A stretch of 63,975 bases of DNA, the filler included, from Reclinomonas americana ATCC 50394 (Eukaryota), in the NCBI GenBank assembly GCA_048213135.1. It is 16 parts of 16 records of this genome, joined end to end, with 100 filler letters (N's around TTAATTAATTAA, not from the genome) between each part and the next. Parts side by side here need not be neighbours in the genome. Positions count along the whole stretch, not along the records: positions 17,292 to 19,977 come from AFZH01021108.1; positions 20,078 to 23,027 come from AFZH01021109.1; positions 23,128 to 24,742 come from AFZH01021110.1; positions 24,843 to 33,569 come from AFZH01021111.1; 12 more parts are not named here. One strand, written 5' to 3'. Positions within the stretch are counted from its first letter, which is position 1; each line of letters opens with the position of its first letter. Shown piece after piece: positions 17,628-31,037 of the stretch. The notes under the pieces were generated by a model. The model was given only the letters and a program-made list of their open reading frames with translations. It was not told the DNA's origin and searched no databases. The translations under genes were made by a program, and so were the position numbers.

Positions 17628-20600
17628 ATGTCATCCAACGAGCTGGTGGTGGCAGTGGAGGCCATCTCTGCTCAGCGGGTGGCAGCAGCAACAAAGAAAG
17701 TACGCCTTTGTGAGAGCAAAATGCGTGTGTGAGAAAGAACAAGAGAATCACTCTGCGCATTGTTGTCGTGTGAGCGCAGGATACGTTGCAGGCCATCAGT
17801 CGCGTGGTCGAGGAGGTCGCCAACCAAACACACTGGTGTGTGTGTGTGAGTGTGTGAGAGAGAATGATCCAACTTGTTGTTCACAATCGTTGTTTGTTGT
17901 TGTTGTTGTTGCAGGAGTCGCCCGCATTTCGGCGAGTTGGCTGTGCAAACTGTGTCGCGCCTTCTGCAGCTCTCTGGTCAGACGGACACTGAGGTGGCGT
18001 TGCAGGCGGCAAACTCGCTGGCCAGAGCAGTCAAGGTGCGCTTCTATTTTCCTCCTCTACTTCTTCTTCTCTCTCGTCTCTTACCTCACACATCCTTCCG
18101 TCTACAGATCCTGCTGCCGCTCCTGCAAGACCCTGTGATCTCTGTGCTCTTCCATGGCATCAATGTTTTGTCGCACACTGTCATCACTGTCTCTCTGTCT
18201 GTGTCTCTGACAATCGCGTGTATAAAAGGACACTGCGCATGGAGAGCGTGCACAGCGCACAGCGTTCCTCACGTTTGGCCGAGTGTGCTCGTATGTGCCA
18301 CCGGCGCAGTGTCGTGAATTCGTCAGTCGCTTGCTTCCTGAGTTGGAGGAGGCGTTCTCCAGTCGAGTGATTACCCTCCTGGTGTGTGTTGTGTTGTCCA
18401 CGTTCGATATTGTCGTTGCGGGCGACTTCTGAACACACCTCGCGCGGTGCAGGAGGTGTCAAGTGAGGGATTGGGCGACATTTTTCGTGTGCTGGGCTTT
18501 TATTTGACGCAGGATGAGGCGATGAGGATGTTCAACATTCTGCTGGCGGTCCTCAACAGTCCACATGGTGTGTTGTTTGTCTTGTTGTTTCTCGGTCGAG
18601 TCGTGTCGGTCTGTCGGTCGCCTGATGGTGCTTTCGCTGCGCAGATGACGTGAGGCGCAGTGCGGCGAGCGCCCTCGGTCACCTGTGGTTGCATGCTCCC
18701 CAGTGCGACGCCAACGAGAGCATGAAACGCGTGTCGGGGATTGCCGACGGCGCGCTGCACAACATTCGCGAGGTGCCTCGCTGTTCTGTTTCTCACATTG
18801 GCCTCCGACAGGCAGGACTGACACTTGTTGTGCGTGCAGATTCAACGTGATCCACGACTAATGACGGAGAATTTGGCGGATGCCAATGCATCGCGCACAC
18901 TGCAAGGCGTGCTGTCAACCATGACACACTTGTGTTCGGTGGCAACCTACATTGGTGAGCGAGTGTGTGCTCCGTGCAGCTGCTCCCCCGCCCTCCTCAC
19001 TCACGCTACGCGGGTTGAACAGCGAAACGCATGGGTGCTGCGTTGCCGTACGTGCCCTTTTTCACGCCGGCCGAGGATTTGGTGTTGGGCAGGTAATTGT
19101 GCACTCGCACCGCGTCGCTGGTGGTCGCGTACTCACCACGCGACATTACAGTTTGGATGTGAGCGAGACCAACGTCCTGTCGGTCTCGTTGCGCCTGCTG
19201 GCCAACATGTGCACGCAGTGCGAGGTTTCGTCGGCCGGCGGTTTCACCAAGTTTGATGGTACGGCGGATTCATGTGCTGTGCATCTTATCCGTTCGATGT
19301 TTGCCCCCCCTGACGACCCGTCGTGGGGCAGGTATTTTGTCGGCATGCATTCGAGTGGCGCGCGGTATTGCCATCGAGTATGCCTCCACCAAGCACTATG
19401 ACATTCCGCTGGCCGTGCGAGCGCAGGCGATTGAGACGTTGGGTCACATGGCCACGTTTGCGCCGGACGAGGTGTGGGCTCGCTTCTCGGCGACAGCAGA
19501 ACGGCCACGCAACGCGGGTAGCGTTATCTGCTGAACGTTTCACGATCGATGTGGATTGCACTCTCACCATGCCCTGTCGCAGATCCGCGCTTCTACTGGA
19601 GCCTGGAGGGCCTGCTGGAGTTTGGGCAGACGGATGACTATGTCATGCGCGAGGCCGTGGCAAAACTCCTCGGTTGGTGATGGTCTCGATGGTGAACGTC
19701 GGTGTCATTGCATTTCTCACATGGATGCGCGCAGGCGCCATGGCCGCTGGAGTGGAGAATTTCCCGGCAAGCGACTTGTCGCGCACCTTCATGGAGGCCA
19801 TGTTGAGGGAGATCAAGTCCTCGTACACTGTAAAAGTGCGTGAGCAGGACTTTTTCAGTCTTCACAGTACTGGTGGGTGCGAGCAAAACGTAACGTCATT
19901 GCATTCATCGCAGGCTGGTGTGGCATCTTTCGGCCGCCTGGTGCAGCGTGCGCAAAAGGATGGCGATGTGGGAACTTNNNNNNNNNNNNNNNNNNNNNNN
20001 NNNNNNNNNNNNNNNNNNNNNTTAATTAATTAANNNNNNNNNNNNNNNNNNNNNNNNNNNNNNNNNNNNNNNNNNNNGCGTCTGCTGGACAGGTCTCGCG
20101 ATTCCCTGTCATGCTAACAAGTGGTGTTGAGGCAGAGTACGCCAGCGTCTGCAACCAGATGCACTGCGAGGAGGTCATTGCAGCTGTTCTCTCGCGAGTC
20201 GAATCGGATCCCATTTTCGACGACATGGCAGTGTACAGCTTGGCACTGCTGGCACTCGGCACCGTCTCCGAGTTCCAAGGTGTGCTTGTGTCCGCCCCAT
20301 TTTCGCTGCAGTAACCCCATGTCGGCTGCGCTCATGCCGAAAATCGCGGCGCAGCAAACCTGCCACCAGACGCTCCCAAGTCGTACCTCACGCCGTCGAC
20401 CTCACGGCGCCTCGTCGAACACATGAACGCCACGCTGCGCACGGCACACGTTGCGCGCCAGCCGCCGGGCGCAGCGGCGCAGATTCATCGTGAGACCGAC
20501 ACGGGCTCAGCATCGTCGACTGGATCGGGATCTGAGAGGCTCGTCCTTTTTTTGCAACAATGGCAGTTTTGAGTAGCTCGCGACTTGCGTGCCAACTGTT

Positions 20601-23600
20601 GTGAATGCAGGAGTCGCGGATCGTCGCGTGGAAACACACCGTCGCTACAGGAGTCGCCTCGGCATCGTGTGGCCGCCATGTCGGCTATTCCCACATCGGC
20701 AGAGGTATGATTGTCGGGGCTTAACTGCCGCTAAATGCTGTGTGGCATGACAGACCGCGTTGTCGTTCTCCTGCAGCATTCGTCACCACGACGAGGCACG
20801 GACCACGATTTGCTGGCGCAGGGAGGGTACGTTGTGCGCCGACTCTCCAACCTGCTGGATAGTACTTCTACTGTTAATCCTCGCAATCCTGCAGTGACTT
20901 GGGTCTCGGGCGCGGACGGGTGTACCAGCTGCCTGCGTTTTGGTCACAGTTGCGATACTGCCTGCCAACAGTGGCGCTGCTCTGTGTCCCCAATGAAAAC
21001 TCACAACTGGCGAGCAGCAACTCGGCAAACGGTGGTGCGGCGGCGACACATGAAGTGCTGCGCAATCAACCACCCGCGAGTCTGCAAAGCAGGTACGTGT
21101 TGCTCGGCATCACCGCCAACGCCTCTTGTTGACGCTGACACACGTGCGCGTGTTGTTGTCTGCTGTCACAGTTTCTCGCTTCCACCATGGCGCGCCTTCC
21201 AGCTGGGTGCAAGCAAGGGTCGCAGCGCCAGCTCGTACATGCGACCGCCGGAGGATGTGGACGAGGGAGCGCTGCGCAATGTTGCGTGTTGTCTTTGACG
21301 TCACATATGAATTGACACTGACAACACAATGTAGCTGGAGGAGAACCTGCGCCGTGCTTTCGAGTCCAGCGAATCGTCGCTGTGCTACACGCCGGTGAAC
21401 CTCTCTCGCTATGGGCACCGGAGCAGCTTGTTTTTCGCCCTGGACCGACTGCTCGGCTTCAAGGAGTCGGGTATGAAAGAATTCTTGAAAGACAATGTCG
21501 ATCGAAGTGTGCACGCGGTCTCTCACGGTGACGAGCTTTGCAGATGCCATTGAAGACGACAGCGGCTTCAACGAGGCACCCTTCAGTCAGTGCGGGTACC
21601 ACTCGTTCCTCACCACGTTGCTGATTGCGACTGCCAACGTTGCGCACGTCATATAATGATAACATCCGGTTTGTCCTCCTGGTCTCATCTGTTGTTGCAG
21701 GCTGTGGGCAGCTCCGGTCGTCGCTGCCGCCGGCTGGCCAGTGACCTCATTGACGTTCTGGCCGAGTTCCTCCCGGTGCACGAACCACTCGTTGTCCGCT
21801 GCCTGAATCAACTCTTCAATGCACTCTTCGGCAAGCAGACTGCCAACAAGCTGCACGCACGAGCCAGTCTGAGCGGCACAGGTCCCGATGGCGTGTCGCG
21901 TCCTTCGTGTTGCGTCGCGACTGCCCCGTGTGTGTCGGTGACCCACTAAAACGGCTGTGCCTCTGATTGTGCTTGCGTCGCAGTGCCGCCAGTGGCGCGC
22001 ATCAGCAGTGGCTCAGCCGCCGTGCCATCGCCGCTCCGTGGCGTGCAGCAGCGCAGCGACGACAAAGCGGTGGGACCGTCGGGTGGCACCGGTGCAGTGC
22101 TGTTCAACGGCGTTCCGGTGCGATGCACACCACCCCGTTGTGTGCATGTTCCCCGCTCCCCCCTGACCTGATCTCTGCAGTTGGAGGAGATTGCGGAGGC
22201 CGAGTGCGCTCACCTCGACGACGCCAGTGCGCCGCAGAAGCCCCACCAGTTCTACTTTGAGGACGAAGAGGATGGTGCTGTGAATAACAAAATGGTGCAG
22301 GCATTTACCGGCGCCGTCAATCAAATCATGCGAGACTACCGCTCGACGCATTCTGCGTTGCGTGTATGCATGCACACACTGGACGTAAACCACAGCTAAC
22401 ATTTACTTACTAATGTTATCTCGTGGCAATGCAGTCGGCTCAAGGCGGCCGTTCTCGAGTTTCTCACCGCGTTGGTCGATCGCGGCATCCAGTACTCGGA
22501 GCTTGACAAGCGATCGCTCTTCCTCACTGCCGTGCTCGACGAAAGCGATCACATTGATGTACATGTGCGTGTGCGCGAGTGCTGCGATTGTGCGGTGGAT
22601 TGTTGATCAATGCTGTCGTTCCAATTCTCGCAGCTTCCTCGACCGCTGCCGGTGCTGAAGCCGATGGCCAGTTTCCTTGCTGTGCTGTACCGCCAGACAA
22701 GTCAGCGGAATACGGGCGGACGCGCGCTCCTGGACGAGCAGCGCCTCCGCCAGGCATTCGAAGGTAACCGACTCCGGCAGCACTGCTTACCGTGTGCTCT
22801 CTCACCACCATGTCAATGTGGTGTTCTGCAGGATCTGCGTACTCGGCACGGTACACGTTGGAGGCCACATTGCCGCTGTTGTCGCCGTTGGTTTCGCTGG
22901 CGCTGTCACCGTTGTCGCTGCGCGTTGCCGGATCGCTGCAGACACTGCGTGATTCCGGACTGGTGTCGCTGCGTGCACACCCGTGTCCGATTCACACCGC
23001 ACACTACCTGGCCGCGCTGGATAACCTNNNNNNNNNNNNNNNNNNNNNNNNNNNNNNNNNNNNNNNNNNNNTTAATTAATTAANNNNNNNNNNNNNNNNN
23101 NNNNNNNNNNNNNNNNNNNNNNNNNNNGCGGTGGTGGTATGCAGGACGTGGTTATGGAGAGGGAGAGCACTGTTGGAACTCGAACGTTGCTGGTACAGCG
23201 ACGGGCGCTGCTAATGGTCGTATTACACGCACCGCCGTCACTCCCTGTGGCTCAGTTCATCGCCCGACTCTGTGCCGGCTTGCGCTCGCCAATCGCCGTC
23301 CGTGAGATTCGCAATGCGCTGAACACGGTGTTGGATGGTGGTGCGTTTCCGTCCAGTGACCACAGTACAGTGTCCATCTTCTCACATTCTTCCTTGTAGC
23401 CCCGGCGGACGAGCGACCAATGTGGGTGGCCAGCACACAGCTCATCATGGATCCCGACCGTCTCGATGACGGGGTGAGCGCGTTGCTTGTGGGGGTGGCA
23501 GCTTGATGGTGGTGATGTCTCTTATGGATTTCTTTCCGTGCAGTCTTCGTTCTTCCCGTTGCGCTCCATTTACCGGTGGACCGACGTGCGGCACATGCCA

Positions 23601-26600
23601 CGCAGAGTTGCGCCTGTCTGTCTGTCAGTGTCTGACGGCGGGTGCGGCTGTGTGATTGACATGAGATTCGCACGACGGCAGACTGTTCCGTGCATTGGAT
23701 GGGTGCTGGCGGGTCTCGGCGCCGCACACTTGGAGGAGGTGTTGGCGAATCCGCACTTTGACACGGCGCTGCTTCCGCAGCTGACGCGCCACATTAGCGT
23801 CGCTACTCACAAGGTGAGGCGTGAGTACACGTGAGCACAGCAGGGGAGTCGCATATTCACGAAAATTATGCAGTGCTTGGTGGACTACCTGATTCGGCGG
23901 ACCGGCAGCCTTGCGGCAGGCTCGTGCATTGTTGTGAATGTCGGCCCTGTGTGTGTGTGCTGTTCTCATGGCATGCTCTCTCACCGCGTAGGTGGGGCCG
24001 AAGCGGCGAAGCGCGTGGACGAATTGTGTGACGTAATCCTGTCGATTGATGAGTGGTTCCGGCGTTTCGAGCATCGGTACGTGTCAATTAACTTACGTGC
24101 ACAATCGACACCATGTCATCTCACTGTCGACCGGCATGCAGACACATGGCGACTGAGAGGCTCGAGTTTCGTGTTGTTGTTATTTCGATGCTGTGGATTC
24201 CTGACATTCTTTTCTGACAATTGAACCGAAAAGCTCTGGCGACGACTCGGCCGATGCCGCCATGTCGGCCTCGCTGCGAGGAGGTGCAGTGCGGCTGCTC
24301 CCAACTGTGTTTTCTGTGCTGCTGCCCGCAAGCAAGAATCGCGGTCGTGCAGTGCGCTGCAACGAGTGTGCACTGCGAGTTGCGCCTTTATTTGGAGGGG
24401 ATATCCGCGCGGATGTCACTGGCTTGTGTATGACTCACTCTGCTGCGTGTGCGTGTGTGTGCGTCTGTCAGCTGGTGAATCTGGTACTTCGCTTCCCCGA
24501 CAAGCTCAACCAGACACTGGAGAGTGGGTACGAGTTGCTGCGTGCGTTCACCGACGGAACTGCGCTGCCACCACTCGCGTCGCTACGTGGCCCACCGGAG
24601 GAGGCCAACAGTGTGGCCGACTGCATTGCAGGCGCAGTCTTGCGCTGCTTCTTGTCCACCTCAACTTTCCCCCAAGTGATGGCGACGGAGGGACATCCAC
24701 GACGGTGAGCTCGTCAAGCGGAACACTTTTTAAGTTGGGGCGNNNNNNNNNNNNNNNNNNNNNNNNNNNNNNNNNNNNNNNNNNNNTTAATTAATTAANN
24801 NNNNNNNNNNNNNNNNNNNNNNNNNNNNNNNNNNNNNNNNNNTGCGACGGTAGACGATGCAGACAGTGTGTTGCAGGCGTTGACGGCGTTTGGCATCTTG
24901 CGGGTGAGTCGCGCTGCAGGCAACACGTCGCCAGCGTCGAGTAATCTGATCCGTATTTGTGTGCAGGGTATTGCGTGTTTGCTGGTTGAGCGTGCCGATG
25001 GAGCCATTGGAGCTCGCAGCCAGCTGGTTGCACAGCGTGCGGCAGCACTGCTTGGTGAATTGACGCAAGACACAACGTGGAGCGTGCAGCAGCAAGTCGC
25101 CATGGGTTTGGCCGACGTGACACACGCTCGTGTCGTTTCTGTTGCGCCGAGTGGTACCTGTGGGGCGTACTCATGTTTCATGTCGTGCTAACCGTCGCGT
25201 GTGCGTAGTTCCTCGCCGGCAACGAGGCTGTTGTGGCAGACTATGCCATGCAGCGAGCGCAAAAATTCATGGCCAACTTGTCGTCGAACGCGGTACTGAC
25301 AGGACACTTTTTCCGGGTTCTGATCGGCATGATTGTGTACGATCCGCAGGTGCGCGACAGCAGTGGAGATGTCGTCGTCGTTGTTTATCATTAAGTCTCA
25401 CCTTCCGCGATTGTAGAGTGCCGAATCGTCGCAATTGGTGTCCAAGGCAGTCGGTTCTGCCTTCCAGGCGTTCTCCAACCCGAATGTGTCATTCAAGGTG
25501 CTGCGTCGATCTCTCCCACTGCTGCGCTAGTGTGTTTGTAAGGGAGCTCACATGACTCGTTTGTGCGGCACAGACGTGTGAGGAGCTGTGCGATTCACTG
25601 TGCAGTTTGCTCGACGGCTTCTGCCTCAGTTCCGTGCGTCGGGAACGATTACTGCGCGTGATTCGTCCACCCGCACCTGGTGCCGCAACAGCTTCGTCGA
25701 CTGCGTCACTCACGCTCAATCTCACCACGGACAGCGAAGGCCACCCAGCACTGTTGCGTGCTCCAACTCCCTCGTCGACCTCTCTTTTCTTTTCCTCTTG
25801 GAATAACTGCTGTCGCTCCAGACCGCCATTGCCCTCAACGCGAGTCGACTCGTTGCGCTCGTCGGACTCGGCAGGCGAACGTCGTTCACTCGGTACGCCA
25901 CGTGCATGGCATTTGTGTCGCACTTGCGCTCACTCGCAATACACGTTACCATAGATTCCCGGAGGCCCCCATTGCGTGATCCCAACGCCTCACGGCCGTC
26001 GATGGATCAAGCTCGAGGCAATCAAAGTGCGCTACATTCGTGTGCATTTTTTGGTCGTCAGTGCTGTCGCGTGCAAGACTCACAGTGCATACATACCCTG
26101 CAGTTCCCGAGGGCGTTGTGTGGGAGAAACTGCAGTGGTCGTGGAGGCGGCGGGCTCTGTTGTTGCAAATATCGGCCACCGCCTGCTACACGGCCAGCTC
26201 GCGCGCAAGTGGCAGTGGACCCGGCTCTGCTCGCGGACGCAGGTGCTGTCGTTGTCACATGCAGCAAGCACTGGTGTCTTGCTCACATTCCGTTTTCACC
26301 TTTGCAGACCTCCATTGGACGCACATGGGGAGAACCTGCTGACAACAGCGCTGTCACTGGCAACAGTGGGCAGCGAGTCGGCCTCCTCTGCGTCATCCTC
26401 ACTTCCGTCTTCTTGGTCCTCATCATCGCTCTCTTCCAACTCATCGTCGTCGCTGTCGGTGCCGTCGTCGTCGTCGGCCCCGTCGTTGCCGCCCAGCATT
26501 GTCGACGGGTCACCGCGCCGTAAGATGCCGGAAGCGCCACGACACAGCGTATTACCACGAGAACGCGATGTGTATCATCGTGTTGTTGCCGAACTGGTGG

Positions 26601-27562
26601 AGCAGTACGAGGTTCGTGATATTTGACTTACTTGCTTGTCGCACACACACGCACGCACTCACAAGCACAATGGCACAGCCGTCGACATTTGCCTCGCTCG
26701 GCACCGTTCGCTGGCTGCTGTCGGTGGTTCTGTGGAGCCAAGATCGATCATCGCTGGCCTCTGATCTTGCGGCCATTGTGGCGGTGCGCACGGTAGCGGC
26801 ACTGGCGTTGAAGAATCAAGAGAGTGGTGAGGAGAGGGAGGGGGGGAGAGAGAGAGTGATGTGGAGGAAATGCTCAGCTGCGATCTTTTCCCTCCTTGTC
26901 GCAACAGACGAAGTGTTGGTGGCCGTCATTCGTGGCATGCGGGCGCACGAGCCGTTTACCGTGAATGTTGCCGAGACGTTGCTGGTGTTCCTCGCCGGGT
27001 TCGTGTCGTTGTCTTATCACCTTGATCGCGGTGTGCTTACGTGCTGCGACGACACAGGTTCCTGCAAGTGCAGCAAGCTGCGTACCGGCCTCTGTGTCGC
27101 CTCGCATGCGCGGAGTGGCGAGCACACGGAAGTGAGCGTCTGAACATCGAAGCTGGTGGCGATGACGCAGGCTCGTCCGTGCCGACGGCCGCACCGTTGC
27201 GTCAATCGGCATCCCTCAACGCTCTGTCGGCGCGTCTGCCGTTGCACTCGGCACACTCCGCCGCAGCCACACCTGGTGGAGCGACGCACGCCGAGGAGCA
27301 CCACCTGAGTCCCAGTATCTGGCTGCAGTGGCTCGAGCGCCTGAAGGGCAACCTGGAAGACACGCGGTTGCGCGCTACAGCCTCGGAGCAGAGCGACCTG
27401 GGCCGCTCCAAGCTGCTCGAGGCGCTAGCGCCGGTGCTTCTCGCGGCGCACCAGCTCGTCGAAGAGCACAAGAGTGCTCTGCAAATGGCCGCCGCGGCAA
27501 CCTCGCCTTCGGTTGCGGCTGCCGAGGCCGCCCAGGAGGCCGATGCGGAGAGCGAGATGTGA
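17628..27562 (+). CDS. HTT: huntingtin ortholog (multi-exon HEAT-repeat protein across four blocks; exon bounds approximate)
   Basis: Exon peptides follow recalled human HTT blocks in order: QTDTEVALQAANSLARAVK ~ DAESDVRMVADECLNKVIK; VPPAQCREFVSRLLPEL ~ VRPQKCRPYLVNLLPCL; NSPHDDVRRSAASAL ~ KSSSPTIRRTAAGSA; EPLVVRCLNQLFNALFG ~ EPMMATVCVQQLLKTLFG; LKAAVLEFLTALVDRGIQYSELD ~ [23 protein letters not shown]. Confidence 0.8.
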
Positions 27563-27669
27563 GAGTGATGAAACAGCCGCAAGTAAACAATCGCGAATAA
27601 CTCTTTTCATTAAACAAAGCTAGCAAAACAACATTATCTCCTTCGTAAACAGACACGCACACACACACT

Positions 27670-30600
27670 TTAACGCCGATCGGTCTTGCCAATGCTTCGC
27701 TTGCCCGTAAACAAGTGCTTCGGCTTGCGCGACACAATCTTGCGATCGCCGGGGTCGATCGTGGCAAATCGAGAACCAGGAGTACGCCGCTTCTCCTGTG
27801 CCTTCTCCACCACCTTCTGCGCCTGAATCTTTTGACGCTTCGTCGACAGACCGCGAGTGATTGACAAGGCACGGTCGGCACGAGAGCGGCTGCGCGAGCG
27901 TGCCGGTCGGGAGCCCGACTCGTCGTCCATGACAGCATCACCGGACTCGTCAAAGCCGTCTTCGGGGCGGCGTCTCTTGGTGCCCGCAGGTGGCACTGCG
28001 CACGCAAGGGTGATTCTCGTCAGCACACACACACACACAGGCACAACAATGATTGGAGTGATCATGAGGTGCAACGCAACGACGAGTTCTTGAACGGCCA
28101 CGAGTGCGCACCGCCTCCTCCACGCGGTCCATGTCAACACCGCGCTCAACAAGACGATCACGATCCGCTCCTTCTGGCAACGCGTACGCTTGGCGGTTCG
28201 TGCGCGGCATGTGCACTTGTCCGTTCTTCGTGCTCTGCGCATGAAGCATGGCGGCCTTCTTCCGCTCCGAGATAATGGCGGCGGCCTCCAACAGGTCGTC
28301 GTCCAGCTCAATGTCATCCTCGTCGTCGTCATCACCATCCACATGCTACAAAAACAACCGAGTCAGCGTCGACATAACTCACGTGGTGTACGCCATAAAA
28401 ATCACGCAACTGGTCTGCCCGACGCTGCCTCGGCGAGCAGTCGATCCTCTTCCTCCTCGAGCTCTTGCAACTTGAGCAGAATGTCGGGATCAATGTAGTC
28501 GGCAATGTTCTTGCCCTCAAAGATTTCCGGAATCTCGTCCCACGCCTCCTCTGGGTTCGGCAGCATGTACCACTCTGTGTGTGCCACCAATGGGTGAGTA
28601 CAAATAAGAGAGGAGAGTAAATGCGAGAGAGGGACAGAGAGAGACGAAACTGCGCAGGTCTGGCGTGTAGACGCCTGGACCGCCGTGGACTGCCTCCAGA
28701 TCCTTCTCCAATGTCCTCGACACCTCCATGGCTGCAGTCGACCAAATAAGCAAAAAGAAAGGAAGAGATCGGGTATCTCCGACCAACGTACCACCACTGA
28801 CGCCAGAAGAACCCGCGGCTCCCTCCTCCGCCTCGGCAGCCGCAGCCGCAGCGGCTGCTTGCCGCTCGCGAGCACGCACCACACTCTCCGGAATCGACAC
28901 CGGACGCGGCTGTAGCAAGCAAGGGCACGAGGCGAGTGAGAAACGGTACGGCAACATGCATGCTCACGTATGCGTGTGTTTCAACAGCAGAAAACAGAGG
29001 GGGTGCGACGTGGGTAGTGTATCAGAACCACAGGAATACAAGAAAATCGTCATTGTTTTCAGCCTTGTAAAGTATCCATCATACTAGCCGGCACCCCCGT
29101 GCACAAAGGAGAGAGAAGAAACATCAAACCGACTACCCCAGCACACACATACCTTTCCATCGCGCGGCTCCGGTTCGGCCACATGCAGCCGATTCAGCAC
29201 CTCCTCCACCTTGCGTCCGCGAAGCTTTTGCTCCACGCGATGTTCCAAAAGCCTCTGGCACACAGCGTTCTTCACATCCATAACGCCGGTCTGCGCCAGG
29301 GTACTCATCTGCATCAATTGCGCCTGCGGACAAAGAGAAGGGTTAGCGTAAGCGGCACAAAGAGAAATTTGCACTCAAATGGCACGCACCACGCCATCCT
29401 CAGTCATGCTGTCGACCAGAGCACGCTGTTCCGGCTCCAAATCGTCCAGACTCTTCACATCGATCTTGTTGATGACCACCGTCAGCGGCTTGTTGGCAAA
29501 TAGTGGCTTGATCGAGTGGAAGAGGGCGACCTGCAAAAATGAGGACAAGAAAGTTGAGCAAGCGATCGCACACAAGTGGCAGTGAGGAGCGTGTATGCGT
29601 CTCACCTGCTCCTGCAGCGAGAAGCCGCACTGCTCCGACACATCGACGAGGTAGAGCACAGCTGCGCGCAAATGAGCCAGCGCCGTAATGCTCTGCATCT
29701 CAATGTTGTTGCGGTCCTCGAGCGGGTGATCGAGAATACCGGGCGTGTCAATCACTTGATATCTCAGGTACTGGTAGTCCGTGTGACCGACAAAGAGCGA
29801 GCGGGTGGTAAAGGCGTACGGCTGCACTTCGACATCGGCCCTCGTCACTGGCGCGACACAAAACACAGGTTAGGGGCAACAGCATCGAGGTAATGCGGCT
29901 CACAAGACACGCACACACACCAGCATTCATAAACGAGCTCTTGCCGACATTCGGGTAGCCGGTGAGAATGAGTGTGCGCGTGTTGGGGTCGATGGAGGGC
30001 AGACGCGACAAATGCTGTCGCACTTCCTCCAAGTACTGCAGGCTGGCGTTCTGCTTCTTGAGAATGGTGCACATGCTGCGCAAATCACAACAACAGTCAG
30101 TGCCAACCACAACATACCAAGTTGGTAAGAGAGGGAAACGAACCGGCCGAGTGCGGCGCGCTTGAGGTTCTTGCAGCGGAAGAGCGAGTCGCCAAACTTG
30201 AGGAGACGCAAGTACTCGGCACCAATGTGGTCAATGAGGCGGCGCGCGGTGGCCACGTGACCGAGGGCGAGCTTGTAGTGGTCCTTGTCGTAGAGCACGT
30301 TCATGAGATCCGAGTAGAACGGGTGAATGTCGTCGAGACGCGGGAAATCGTCCAACAGCGCCGTCAGCTTCTCATGGATCGTCTGCTGAGTGAACTTGAC
30401 CTTGCGCATGTAGAACGCTGTGAATACACGGGAGATGGGTGAGCAGAGGGCGGGGGCAAAAGAAAGTGGTGTGCGTGTGTACATGTGCATGTGCACATGC
30501 ACATGCACATCACCAACAAAAAAAGCGCCCCACCACACAAACACACACGCGCACGATGAGAATAAACACAACACGAGCGTGTCGCATGGCGACAACCACC

Positions 30601-30779
30601 CTCTCACGCTCACATGCAAAGAAAAAGAAAAGAAAAGAAAACACACCTCGAATGCGGTGAATCTGGAAGTGGCGATGGACGACTGTCGGTGTCTTGCGCT
30701 GCGTGCGCGTCAACACAATGTCGACAATGTCGCGCCCGCTCGGCACGGGCTGGATCTTCTTGAAGTTGTATTGAACCAT
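27670..30779 (-). CDS. NOG1: nucleolar GTP-binding protein 1 (multi-exon)
   Basis: [53 protein letters not shown]-terminal [18 protein letters not shown]. Confidence 0.96.
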
Positions 30780-31037
30780 GGCGGTCCGAATGTGGGGGAA
30801 AAATAAAACACGGGACATGCACAGACAGGACAGTGTTTTATTCGACGTCGTCACCGTCGATCGCCCGCTCCTTGGTAGATGGCAGTTGGGCTCTGTACGT
30901 GTACTCATAACGTCAGTACGCCAAGCAAAAGGAGAACAGCAGAAGAAGAGGGAATTTCTACGCGCTCAACTCGCATGCGTTGCAACAAGGAGTGCGCCAC
31001 CAGCGGCATGTCGGCCATGAGCTGCCAAACAATGGGA

